DNA of 57,625 nucleotides, filler included, from Candidatus Eiseniibacteriota bacterium (GTDB lineage Bacteria > Orphanbacterota > Orphanbacteria > Orphanbacterales > Orphanbacteraceae), in NCBI GenBank assembly GCA_043809585.1. It is 3 parts of 3 records of this genome, joined end to end, with 100 filler letters (N's around TTAATTAATTAA, not from the genome) between each part and the next. Parts side by side here need not be neighbours in the genome. Positions count along the whole stretch, not along the records: positions 22,901 to 41,092 come from JBDROZ010000113.1; 2 more parts are not named here. One strand, 5' to 3'. Below, piece by piece: positions 28,397 through 37,738 of the stretch; within the stretch, counting starts at the first letter, position 1; every line of letters starts with the position of its first letter. The translations under genes were made by a program, and so were the position numbers. The notes under the pieces were generated by a model. It worked only from the letters and a program-made list of their open reading frames with translations, searched no databases and was not told where the DNA came from.

Positions 28397-29548
28397 ATGC
28401 GGATTCTGCAGCTCACACGATCCTTGTCCCCGACGGGAGGAATCTGCCATGTGGCCTACAATCTGGCCCGCGAATTCCGAAGAAGCGGCATACCCGTCAC
28501 GAACGCGACCTGGTTTCCTCCGCGCGGAAGCGGATCCGTAGACCTCGGTGATCTACACGGTTCACGCCTCGGCGCGCTCTGCCGTTTGATTCCGGCCAAG
28601 CACGTTCGCTCTCTGTTCGAGATCCCCCTCTTCACCATATGGGCTACGGCTTGGGCTCACTCTCACCCGGACGACATCGTGATCGCCCACGGCGATTCGA
28701 TGTCCGGGGATCTCTTCGTTGCCCACAGCTGCCACAGGGCCGCGATCGGGGCGAAACACAAGGCCGGTAATCGAAGGTGGTTGCTTTATCCGCTCCACTG
28801 GTTTCTGTTGCTGCGGGAATGGGCCGTCTTCCGCGGTGCTTCCACGCCCTATGTCGTCGCAATTTCCTCTTGGGTTCGCGACGAACTGAAACGGCACTAC
28901 GGAGTCCGAGACGAGCGGATATTCACGATTCCGAACGGGGTCGACACGGATCGATTCCGGCCCGTGACGGACAAGGCCGGACTTCGGCGGAAGCTCGGAC
29001 TGCGAGAAGACGGCCTTCTCGTGCTTTTTGTCAGCAACATCTTCGGGGCGAAAGGACTGGAATGCGCGATCCGCACCCTCACCCGTCCCTCCGTCCCGGA
29101 CCATTGCGATCTGGTGGTCGTCGGGGGCGACCGGGCGCAGCCGTACCGAAAACTCGCCGTTGCCCTTGGAGTATCCGAGCGCGTGCGATTCGCGGGCTTC
29201 GTGGATTCCGTAGAGGAGTACTTCGCCGCGGCCGACGCCTTTCTTCTTCTTTCCGACTACGAGGCGTTCGGTCTCGTCGGCCTGGAGGCGCTTGCGTCGG
29301 GGGTCCCCCTGATCTCCGGGGGGGTCGGGGGGATCGGCGAGTACCTCCGGGACGGGGAAAACGGTCTGCTTGTCGAGCGGAATCCGGACTCGGTCGCGCG
29401 GGCCCTCGGGGCGCTGGCCCGTGATCCCGCTTTGCGCGAGAGACTCTCGAAAAACGCCCGGAAGTCGGCGGAGCCCTTCGGGTGGAACCGGGTCGCCGCG
29501 CGCTACCTCGAAGTGTGCGAGCGGATCCACCGGGAGAAGGGGCTATGA
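28397..29548 (+). CDS. Family 4 glycosyltransferase
   Basis: IPNGVDTDRF, EAFGLVGLEALASGVP, DGENGLLV. Confidence 0.92.
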   Translation: MRILQLTRSLSPTGGICHVAYNLAREFRRSGIPVTNATWFPPRGSGSVDLGDLHGSRLGALCRLIPAKHVRSLFEIPLFTIWATAWAHSHPDDIVIAHGDSMSGDLFVAHSCHRAAIGAKHKAGNRRWLLYPLHWFLLLREWAVFRGASTPYVVAISSWVRDELKRHYGVRDERIFTIPNGVDTDRFRPVTDKAGLRRKLGLREDGLLVLFVSNIFGAKGLECAIRTLTRPSVPDHCDLVVVGGDRAQPYRKLAVALGVSERVRFAGFVDSVEEYFAAADAFLLLSDYEAFGLVGLEALASGVPLISGGVGGIGEYLRDGENGLLVERNPDSVARALGALARDPALRERLSKNARKSAEPFGWNRVAARYLEVCERIHREKGL

Positions 29549-31032
29549 GAAAGGACTACCTCCGCCTCTCGGCGGGCGGGTTCGCGAGCAAGATCCTCGG
29601 CGTGGCGCGCGAGATCGCCCTCGCCGGACTCTTCGGAACCGGCCGGGTCGCCGACGCCTACCGGGCCTCCCTTTCGGTCACGCTCTCGCCGGTGCATCTC
29701 CTCACGTCGCGGGTCGTGCAGACCTGCTTCGTCCCCCTCTACGCCCGATACGAGAAAGACGACAACGAGGCGAAGGGGGCCGCCCTCTTCCATTCCCTCC
29801 TTCTCTCATTCGTTCTTCTCGGCCTCGGCCTCGGCGCATTCCTCTACTTCTTCGCCGAACCCGTGATCGCTTTCATCCTTCGCGGATTCGACCAGGACAG
29901 GACGGCCCTCGCCGCACGCATGCTCCGCATCATGGCCGTCGGCGTTCCTTTTTACGTCTTCACGTCGGTGCTCGGCGCGCTGGGGGCGGCGCGCAAGGAC
30001 TTCGTCATCCCCTCGGTCAGGCCGGGCGCCCAAAACCTTTCCATGCTTCTCTGCATCCTCGTCGCCGCGCGGTTCCGCCGCCCCGAGATCGCCGCGTGGG
30101 GGTTTTCCGGCGCCTATATCGTTCTCTCCTTCGGCGCGGCTGTCCATCTTCTCCGGCGCGGCCTCCTCCCGGCGCGACCGCGCCTTCACCTTCCTCTCGT
30201 CCGCGAGGCGGGACGGGAACTGTGGACGATCGCCCGTCCCCTGCTTCTGCTCTCGGCGTGGGTGGAGGCGAGCCTCCTCATCGAGCGGTATGTCGCCTCC
30301 CTCCTCGGACCGGGCCGGGTCGCCGCCGTGGAATACGCGCGATTCGTGACCGAGACGACCCACTTCCTGCTCGCGGCCCCCCTCGGGCTTCTGGGGCTCA
30401 CCTATTTCGCCGGGCTGACGGAAGAGGAGACCCGGGCGAAGGCGGAGCGGATCCTCGCCCTCCTCTTCGCCGGCCTGATCCCGTTCTGCGCCTTTCTTTT
30501 CGTGGGGGGCCGCGCCCTTCTCGCACTCCTCTACCTCCGGGGCGAGTTCGGAGAGGACTCGCTTCTCGTGACGGACCGGGCACTCCGCGGATTCGCCGCG
30601 GGACTCTGGATCTTCAGCGCGAGCTTCGTCCTCCAGCGGATCGCCAACGCCCGGCTCCGCAACCATGTCGTTCTCCGGGCGGAGTCGATCGCCATCGCCG
30701 TCAACATCGCATTCAACCTGCTCCTCTACCGGTTCCTCGGAGTGTCGGTCGTCGGGCTCGGCATCGGTGCCGCGTCGATGGTCTCGTTCTTCGTCTACTC
30801 CCGGAACCTCCGTCCCGTGGGACCCCTCGCGAAGCGGGGGTTTCTCCTCGCCGCCGCCGGCGCCCTCCCCTATCTTCTCCTCGCCATGATCCTCCGGCGG
30901 TTCACCGGCGATCATCCGGTCGGCCTGGTCGCCCAAGCGCCCTTCGCCCTCCTCTTCTGGGGACTCTGGCTCGGCCGCTCCCGCGAAACTCGATTGCTCT
31001 TCCGGGGGCAGTGGGAGCGGCGGAATCAATGA
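29545..31032 (+). CDS. MurJ/MviN-like flippase (MOP family)
   Basis: SKILGVAREIALAGLFGTGRVADAY; about 12-14 TM segments; ATGA coupling to the GT4 gene. Confidence 0.85.
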   Translation: MRKDYLRLSAGGFASKILGVAREIALAGLFGTGRVADAYRASLSVTLSPVHLLTSRVVQTCFVPLYARYEKDDNEAKGAALFHSLLLSFVLLGLGLGAFLYFFAEPVIAFILRGFDQDRTALAARMLRIMAVGVPFYVFTSVLGALGAARKDFVIPSVRPGAQNLSMLLCILVAARFRRPEIAAWGFSGAYIVLSFGAAVHLLRRGLLPARPRLHLPLVREAGRELWTIARPLLLLSAWVEASLLIERYVASLLGPGRVAAVEYARFVTETTHFLLAAPLGLLGLTYFAGLTEEETRAKAERILALLFAGLIPFCAFLFVGGRALLALLYLRGEFGEDSLLVTDRALRGFAAGLWIFSASFVLQRIANARLRNHVVLRAESIAIAVNIAFNLLLYRFLGVSVVGLGIGAASMVSFFVYSRNLRPVGPLAKRGFLLAAAGALPYLLLAMILRRFTGDHPVGLVAQAPFALLFWGLWLGRSRETRLLFRGQWERRNQ

Positions 31033-31110
31033 AGGGCAAGGGAAAGATATGGGCGGTGACCCGCTCCCTTCCGGCCCACGTCGCCGGGGGCATGGAACGG
31101 GTCGTGGCCG
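31029..31110 (+). pseudogene. N-terminal stub of a GT4 glycosyltransferase
   Basis: ATGA-coupled start; MKGKGKIWAVTRSLPAHVAGGMERVV matches a GT4 N-terminus, then runs into the antisense of the next gene. Confidence 0.6.
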
Positions 31111-31121
31111 GGGGCGGCTGT

Positions 31122-32273
31122 CTATCGCTCCAGCACGGCGTCGTAGATCTCCTCGAGCCGAGCCGCCAGTTTTCGGACATCGAATCGCTCTAAGACGGTT
31201 CTTCGACCGGCGGCCCCGATTCGATCCCGTAATTCACGGTCTCTCAGAAGACGAATCATACGATCCGCGAGACCGGCAATGTCGCGCTCCTCGACGAGGA
31301 ATCCGTTCTCCCCGTCTCGAATCACATCCGGAATCCCTCCCGACCGGGACCCGATGAGCGGGAGTCCCGTAGCATTCGCCTCGAGAAGGGCGACACCTTG
31401 GCCCTCCCGGTGCCCGTCCCTTTCGGTGACGCTCGGAAAGCAAAAGACCGACGCGCTGCGCATTTCCTGGCTGACTCTCTCGGGCGAGACGACTCCGAGA
31501 AACTCGACGTTATCCTCGACGCCCAGTTCTGTGACAAGGTCTTGAAGTTCCGTTCGCAGCGGTCCGTCACCGATGATCACCACTCGAAGGTCCGGGACGG
31601 CCTCTCGCGCCTTCGCCGCCGCCCGGATCAAATACTCCGTTCCTTTGAAGGGGACCAGACGCCCTACGGTAATCAACGTTCTTCCATCGTCCCGCTTCCC
31701 GGCGGGGGTGAAGCGCTCGGGATCGACCCCGAGAGGGTGAACCGTGATTCGATCCTCCGGAAACCCCCGCTTGACCAGCTGACTCTTGATGAAAGAGGTG
31801 ATCGCTATGAACCGGGCCCCCTCCGCGATTAGCCTCTTCATCCCCAGGGCGTAACGGACATGGGAGATCTTCCCGCCGAGGAGGAGGGATCGGCGGCTGC
31901 GGGTCGCATCGAATCCGTAGAACGAAGTGATCAGAGGAACCCCCAGCGCCCGCGCGAACGAGAGCGCGTAGAGGCTGTCGACGCCGAAATGCCCATGCAC
32001 CAAAGCAGGTCCCGTTTTCTCCATCTCCGCGAGGAGCCCGGCGCATTTTCCGGTGAGGGTGTAGAGGAATCGCCGCACGAAACGATCCCTCCCCCCCCTT
32101 CCCATGACGTGGACCTCGGGAAGAGCAAATCGTCCGGTTCCCCTCTCCCGACCGAAGAAGACGGGACGATACCTTTGAAGATATGCCGCCTGGTCAGCGA
32201 TAAACGTCTCAGAAGGAGGGAGCAGAGTATGTCTGAAGAATGCGATTCGTCGGGGCGGGCGTTGAATCGTCAT
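31122..32273 (-). CDS. Family 4 glycosyltransferase
   Basis: PSETFI, VGRLVPFKG, EGQGVALLEANATGLP, GGIPDVI. Confidence 0.92.
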   Translation of the reverse strand: MTIQRPPRRIAFFRHTLLPPSETFIADQAAYLQRYRPVFFGRERGTGRFALPEVHVMGRGGRDRFVRRFLYTLTGKCAGLLAEMEKTGPALVHGHFGVDSLYALSFARALGVPLITSFYGFDATRSRRSLLLGGKISHVRYALGMKRLIAEGARFIAITSFIKSQLVKRGFPEDRITVHPLGVDPERFTPAGKRDDGRTLITVGRLVPFKGTEYLIRAAAKAREAVPDLRVVIIGDGPLRTELQDLVTELGVEDNVEFLGVVSPERVSQEMRSASVFCFPSVTERDGHREGQGVALLEANATGLPLIGSRSGGIPDVIRDGENGFLVEERDIAGLADRMIRLLRDRELRDRIGAAGRRTVLERFDVRKLAARLEEIYDAVLER

Positions 32274-32327
32274 CCTGGTTGACGCCTTCTTCTCGGATCG
32301 AGTAAACGGTCGAGGGATTTCACGATT

Positions 32328-33104
32328 TTACCCCGCCACCGCCCCGGCGTCGATGTTGATCGCCTGGCCGGTCATGCCGGTCGCTTCGGTGACGAGGAAG
32401 AGGGCGAGGGCGGCGACCTCGTCCGGGTCCACGGCGCGGCGGAGCATGCTCTTCCGGACGAGCCGCCTCTTGATCTCGTCCACGCTCATGCCGGTGATGT
32501 GGGAGGTCCGGACGACCGAGTCGTTCAGAAGTTTCGTCTCCACGTAACCCGGGCAGATCGCGTTCACCCGGATCCCGTCCCGGGCGACCTCGGCCGCGAG
32601 GGAGGCGGTGAAGGCGACGACGCCCGCCTTGGACGCGGAGTAGGCGCTGTTCAGGGGGGCCGGCGACCTCGCCATTCGGGAGGCGACGTTCACGATGCGG
32701 CCGTTCTTCGAGTCGGCGAGGGCGGGCAGGCAGGCCTTGCAGAAGCGGTAGGTGCCGAAGAGGTTCACGTCGAAGTCGCGGATCCAGCGGTTCTCCTCGG
32801 AAATCGCGACGGGGGAGATGTACTGGGCGCCGGCGGCGTTCACGAGAATGTCGATGCGGCCGAACGTCTCGAGGCACGCCTCCGCGCAGGCGTTCACCGC
32901 GCCGGGGATCGTGACGTCCGTGGGCACCGCGAGAACACCGTGATCCAGGGACCGGAGCTCCGCCGCGACCCGCTCGATCTCGCTCTCCGTGCGCGCCGCG
33001 AGAACGAGACCCGCCCCCTCATGCGCGAAGCGGCGAGCAATGGCCGCTCCGATGCCACGCCCGCCGCCCGTAATGATCGCCACGCTTCGTTCGAGCGCGC
33101 CCAT
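32328..33104 (-). CDS. SDR family oxidoreductase
   Basis: TGGGRGIG, VNAAG, YSASK, VNAICPG. Confidence 0.92.
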   Translation of the reverse strand: MGALERSVAIITGGGRGIGAAIARRFAHEGAGLVLAARTESEIERVAAELRSLDHGVLAVPTDVTIPGAVNACAEACLETFGRIDILVNAAGAQYISPVAISEENRWIRDFDVNLFGTYRFCKACLPALADSKNGRIVNVASRMARSPAPLNSAYSASKAGVVAFTASLAAEVARDGIRVNAICPGYVETKLLNDSVVRTSHITGMSVDEIKRRLVRKSMLRRAVDPDEVAALALFLVTEATGMTGQAINIDAGAVAG

Positions 33105-33105
33105 T

Positions 33106-34290
33106 TTACTTCTTCAAGAACTCCCGAATCCGCCCGAGCGCCTTCTCGATGTTCTCCACCGAGTTCGCGTAGGAGAGCCTGAGGAAGCCCTGCCCGTAGG
33201 CGCCGAAGGAAGTGCCGGAAAGGGTCGCCACGCCCGCCTGGTCGAGCAGCCCCCGCTCCAGCTCCTGGGACTTCATTCCCGTGCCGGTGATATTCGGGAA
33301 CGCGTAAAACGCCCCCTTCGGCATGATGCACGAGATCCCGTCAATGGCGTTCAGGCCGTTCACGATCACCCCGCGGCGCTTCCGGAACTCGGCCACCATC
33401 TTCTCCACCGCCGTCTGGGGACCGGTCACCGCTTCGAGCGCCCCCCACTGGCTGAAGTGGGACGTGCACGAGATGCTGTTGATGTTCAGCCGCGTCACGT
33501 GCTCCACGAGGAACTCGGGGAAGTACCCGTAGCCGAGCCGCCAGCCCGTCATGGAGTAACTCTTGGACAGCCCGTCGAGGAGGATCGTCCGGTCCATCAT
33601 GCCCGGAATGGAGAGGATGCTCTCGTGCTTCCCCTCGTAGATGATGTTGATGTAGACCTCGTCGGACAGGACGAAGGCGTCGTGCTTCTTCGCCATCTCG
33701 GCGACCGCCTCGAGATCGGAGCGGGCGAGCATGCCCCCCGTCGGGTTCGCCGGAGAGTTCAGGATGATCAGCTTGGTCTTGTCGCTCACGAGGGAGCGCA
33801 TCTCCTCCGGATCGAACCGGAATTCGTTCTCCTCCCGGAGCGGCAAAGGCACGGGCTTCGCGCCGACGAACTTGATCATCGATTCGTAGATCGGGAAGCC
33901 GGGGTTCGGGTAGACGACCTCGTCCCCCTCCTCGACGAGGGCGAAGATCAGGTTCGTCATCACCGGCTTGGCGCCGGGGAAGACGACCATCCGGTCCGCC
34001 TTCAGATCGACGCCGCGCCGTTTCCCCGCGTCGGCGGCGAGGGCCTCGCGCAGCTCCGGAATGCCCGGCGCCGGGCAGTAGCCGGTCTTCCCGTCCCGGA
34101 GCGCCTTGATCGCCGCTTCCTTGATGTTCTCGGGTGTCCCGAAATCGGGTTCGCCGATCTCGAGGTGGATGATCTCTTTGCCCTGGCGCTCGAGGGCCTT
34201 GGCCCGGGCGAGCACCTCGAAGGCGGTCTCCGTGCCGAGGCGCCCCATCCGCTCCGCGAGCTTCCCGTGGGTCGTCATCGTATCGCTCAT
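33106..34290 (-). CDS. PLP-dependent aminotransferase class I/II (aspartate aminotransferase-like)
   Basis: GEPDF, NSPANPTG, SDEVY, SKSYSMTGWRLG, LRLSYA. Confidence 0.93.
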   Translation of the reverse strand: MSDTMTTHGKLAERMGRLGTETAFEVLARAKALERQGKEIIHLEIGEPDFGTPENIKEAAIKALRDGKTGYCPAPGIPELREALAADAGKRRGVDLKADRMVVFPGAKPVMTNLIFALVEEGDEVVYPNPGFPIYESMIKFVGAKPVPLPLREENEFRFDPEEMRSLVSDKTKLIILNSPANPTGGMLARSDLEAVAEMAKKHDAFVLSDEVYINIIYEGKHESILSIPGMMDRTILLDGLSKSYSMTGWRLGYGYFPEFLVEHVTRLNINSISCTSHFSQWGALEAVTGPQTAVEKMVAEFRKRRGVIVNGLNAIDGISCIMPKGAFYAFPNITGTGMKSQELERGLLDQAGVATLSGTSFGAYGQGFLRLSYANSVENIEKALGRIREFLKK

Positions 34291-34448
34291 CCTTTTCCTC
34301 CCAGCCTCGCTGACCGTTCCATTGTCCCATCCAGGGCCTGATAGGGTCAAGGCGGATCGGGGCTGTGATACCGGAATGCGCCTCCGACTACCGGCCGGAA
34401 ATAGCCCGCGATCTCCGCCCGCAGTAGGGATCGGAGACGGGGCGCGGG

Positions 34449-36161
34449 CTATTTCCGGCGCACTTGGAGGGACCGCAGGCGATTCAGTGCGGCGGCGAAC
34501 TCGAGAGGGCGGAAGAGCGCGTGGTCCGGTGCGGCCCTTTTCGAGAGGAGGGCGAGCCCTTCCCGGGCGACGTCCGCCTCCACGGCGTCCAGGATCTCCC
34601 GGAGGGAGCGTTCGCCGTCCATGTAGCGCTCTCGGGCGTAGAGGATGGCCTCCGCGAGGGCCCGGGTCTGGCCGGCGTCGACGATCTGGGAGACCGCCGA
34701 CAGATCCACCGTCTCCTCGCCGAACTGGATTGTCCGGAGGCCGCGCACTCTGACGCTCACCTCCCGCCGACCCCGGCTCGGGTCGACGCTCGCCCGGTTC
34801 GGGACCCGGTCGGCCACCTCTCCGAAACGGGCTCCTCCTTCGGGGGCCCTCTCGGAACGATACCTCTCGGCGATGGCCCGGGCCGCGGCGGTGCCGTCGG
34901 CGGGGACGTACGAATCCATGACGATCACCCGGTCGGCCACGTCGAAATAGTCGCCGCACCCGCCGGCCACGATGATCGACGAGACGCCCCGCTCTTCGTA
35001 AAGCTGGCGCACCTTGTCGACGAAGGGCGTGATCGGCTCCTTCTCCTTCGCCACCAGCTCCTGCATCCGGTGGTCCCGGATCATGAAGTTCGTCGCCGCC
35101 GTGTCCTCGTCGACGAGGAGCACCCGGGCGCCCGCCTCGATGGCCTCGATGATGTTCGCCGCCTGGGAAGTCGACCCGGAGGCGTTGTCGCTCGTGAAAA
35201 AGTCGGTCTTCCGGCCGTAGGGAAGCTCCCCTATGAAAGGCGAGATGTCGACGCCCACCACGCGGCGTCCGTCTTCGGCGCGGATCTTCATCGCCCGGCC
35301 GTCGGCGACGACACATTCCCGGCCGTCCCCCGGCTCGTGGTTGTAGACGCCCCGTTCGAGGGCGGAGAGCAGGGTCGACTTGCCGTGGAAGCCCCCTCCG
35401 GCGATCAGCGTCACCCCCTCGGGGATGCCCATGCCGGTCAGGGCGCCCCCGTTCGGGAGATCGACGGTGACCCGGAGCGAATCGGGCGAGCGGAACGGGA
35501 CCGCCCCCTCCCGGAGAGGCCGCTCGTCGACGCCGGAGCGGCGGGGGAGCACGCCCCCGTCGGCGACGAACGCGACGAGGCCCCTGTCCGCGAGGGCCGC
35601 CCGGAGATGGTCGGCGTCTTCGTTCACCTTCACCGCCCGGTCGATGGCCTCGGCGTCGTTCGAGGCGTAGCGGAGGGAGGTCTTCACGATCTCCGGCAGG
35701 TCGCCCGCCAGCATCCGGTCCGCTTGGCGGCCGAGCACGCGGCGCCCCGCGGCGGGAAGGCCGGCGACGAAACGGGCCTCCACCCGCCCGCCCCTCTTCA
35801 CGATCACCGCCGTCCGCTCGAGCACCTCCTGCCCCGGCCGGTCGATCTCGATCATGCCGCTCTTGCCGGAGCCCCTCCGTTCGGCGGCGCCTTTCGCGGC
35901 GCGGGCGAAGGAGCGGGCGAGAATGTGGGCGAGGGCGACGGCCCGGCTCTTGTTCCGCCAGGTCTCTTCGGGAAAGCCGGCGACCTCCGGGTCCACGAAG
36001 ACCCGGAGGCGGCTCGGCGCGGCGAAGGGGTCGCCCTGCACATGGTCGATGGAGAGGGTGAAATCGGGAAAGGTGTAGACGCCCTGGATGTCCTTGTACG
36101 CTTTGTAGCCGCGCCCGTCGATGCGCTGGAGAATCCGGGTCAGATCATCGTGGGTCTGCAT
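34449..36161 (-). CDS. ABC-ATPase domain-containing protein (predicted ATPase of the ABC class)
   Basis: HVQGDPFAAPS, GGGFHGKSTLL, IRAEDGR, NASGSTSQAANI, LLVDEDTAATNFMIRD. Confidence 0.9.
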   Translation of the reverse strand: MQTHDDLTRILQRIDGRGYKAYKDIQGVYTFPDFTLSIDHVQGDPFAAPSRLRVFVDPEVAGFPEETWRNKSRAVALAHILARSFARAAKGAAERRGSGKSGMIEIDRPGQEVLERTAVIVKRGGRVEARFVAGLPAAGRRVLGRQADRMLAGDLPEIVKTSLRYASNDAEAIDRAVKVNEDADHLRAALADRGLVAFVADGGVLPRRSGVDERPLREGAVPFRSPDSLRVTVDLPNGGALTGMGIPEGVTLIAGGGFHGKSTLLSALERGVYNHEPGDGRECVVADGRAMKIRAEDGRRVVGVDISPFIGELPYGRKTDFFTSDNASGSTSQAANIIEAIEAGARVLLVDEDTAATNFMIRDHRMQELVAKEKEPITPFVDKVRQLYEERGVSSIIVAGGCGDYFDVADRVIVMDSYVPADGTAAARAIAERYRSERAPEGGARFGEVADRVPNRASVDPSRGRREVSVRVRGLRTIQFGEETVDLSAVSQIVDAGQTRALAEAILYARERYMDGERSLREILDAVEADVAREGLALLSKRAAPDHALFRPLEFAAALNRLRSLQVRRK

Positions 36162-37068
36162 GGGCCTCTCGGCGCCCGCGGAAGTCCCGCCGGAGGACGT
36201 TCAGGATCGTCTCGGCCCGGTACGAACTCCGCACGAGAGGGCCCGACTGGACGTGGAGGAAGCCGAGCCCCTCCGCCACTTCCCGGTACCGGGCGAATGT
36301 CTCGGGATGCACGTAGCGGAAGACGTCGTGGTGCTTTGCCGTCGGCTTCAGATACTGGCCGATGGTGACCGCACGCACGCCGGACGATCGGAGATCGCGA
36401 AGAAGCTCCTCCACCTCGCGGTCCTCCTCGCCGAGACCGACCATGAAACCGGACTTCACGATCTGGCGCGTCTTCTTGATCCGCGCCGCCGCGGACAGCA
36501 CGCCGAGGGAGCGTTCGTAGGTGTGCCGGAAGCGGACCTCCGGATAGAGCCGCCCGACAACCTCCATGTTGTGGCCGATCACGAGGGGTTCCGCGTCGAC
36601 GACCACGCGGAGAAGATCCTCCCGTCCGTCGAAGTCGGGGATCAATACCTCCACCTCGCATTCCGGGTTCCTCTCCCGCACGCGGCGCACCGTCTCCGCG
36701 AAGGCGCCGGCGCCGAGGTCGGGGAGATCGTCCCGGTCGACGGAGGTGATCACCGCGAACTTCAGCCCGAGCCGGGCCACCGCCTCCGCCGTCTCGTCCG
36801 GCTCCTTCGGGTCGAGGGGGAGGGGCTTCCCGCTCGTGACGGCGCAGAAGCCGCACGCCCTCGTGCAGACGCCGCCGAGAATCATGAAGGTCGCGGTACC
36901 CGCCCCCCAGCACTCGTGTTGGTTCGGGCACTTGGCCTCCTCGCAGACGGTGAAGAGCTTCCCCTCCCGGAGCGCGGTCTTCACGCCCCGAAACTCGTCC
37001 GACGAACCCAGCCGGATCTTGAGCCACGGCGGCTTCCGCCCCGGTCCTTCCTCACGCGCCCGGACCAT
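36145..37068 (-). CDS. lipA: Lipoyl synthase
   Basis: CEEAKCPNQHEC, CTRACGFC, RSSY. Confidence 0.96.
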   Translation of the reverse strand: MVRAREEGPGRKPPWLKIRLGSSDEFRGVKTALREGKLFTVCEEAKCPNQHECWGAGTATFMILGGVCTRACGFCAVTSGKPLPLDPKEPDETAEAVARLGLKFAVITSVDRDDLPDLGAGAFAETVRRVRERNPECEVEVLIPDFDGREDLLRVVVDAEPLVIGHNMEVVGRLYPEVRFRHTYERSLGVLSAAARIKKTRQIVKSGFMVGLGEEDREVEELLRDLRSSGVRAVTIGQYLKPTAKHHDVFRYVHPETFARYREVAEGLGFLHVQSGPLVRSSYRAETILNVLRRDFRGRREAHADPR

Positions 37069-37738
37069 GTCCGCCCTCCTCTCTCGGCTCCCGGTCGAAG
37101 ACCTCGGCAAAACGGACCACGAACCGGTCCGCCGCCTCACGCACCGAAATCTCCCGCCCCGCGAGACGGGAGAGGGTGGTCACCCCCTTCCCCGTGATGC
37201 CGCAGGGCACGATACCGCCGTAAGGCTCGAGGGAATTGCGGACGTTCAGCGCGAACCCGTGGGAGGTGACCCAGCGGGAGATCCTGACGCCGATGGCGGC
37301 GAACTTCTCGTCTCCCGCCCAGACGCCGGTAAGGCCCGGAATGCGCCCCGCCCGGATGCCGAAGTCGGCGGCGCCGCGGATGATCGCCTCCTCCAGGTCC
37401 CGGACGTACCTCACCACGTCCTTCCGGTCCGGGGCGAGGGAGACGATCGGATAGCCGACGAGCTGCCCCGGCCCGTGCCAGGTCACGTCCCCCCCCCGGT
37501 CGGTGTGGATCACGTCGATGCCGAGGGCGGCGCGGCGCTCGCCGGGCATGGTCACGTGGCCCAGGTCTCCACGGCGGCCGAGGGTGTAGACCGACTCGTG
37601 CTCGAGAAGGACCAAATGGTCCTCGATCTCGCCCCGCTTGCGGCGCTCCACGAGCTCCCGTTGCATATCCCACGCCTCGCGGTACGGCACGACGCCGAGC
37701 CGTCGCACGGCGAGGGGGTGGCGGCGGGTTCCGATCAA
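37052..37738 (-). CDS. lipB: Octanoyltransferase
   Basis: LLEHESVYTLGR, RGGDVTWHGPGQLVGYP, HGFALNV, IVPCG; TTG start overlapping the E2 stop. Confidence 0.93.
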   Translation of the reverse strand: MIGTRRHPLAVRRLGVVPYREAWDMQRELVERRKRGEIEDHLVLLEHESVYTLGRRGDLGHVTMPGERRAALGIDVIHTDRGGDVTWHGPGQLVGYPIVSLAPDRKDVVRYVRDLEEAIIRGAADFGIRAGRIPGLTGVWAGDEKFAAIGVRISRWVTSHGFALNVRNSLEPYGGIVPCGITGKGVTTLSRLAGREISVREAADRFVVRFAEVFDREPREEGGHGPGA

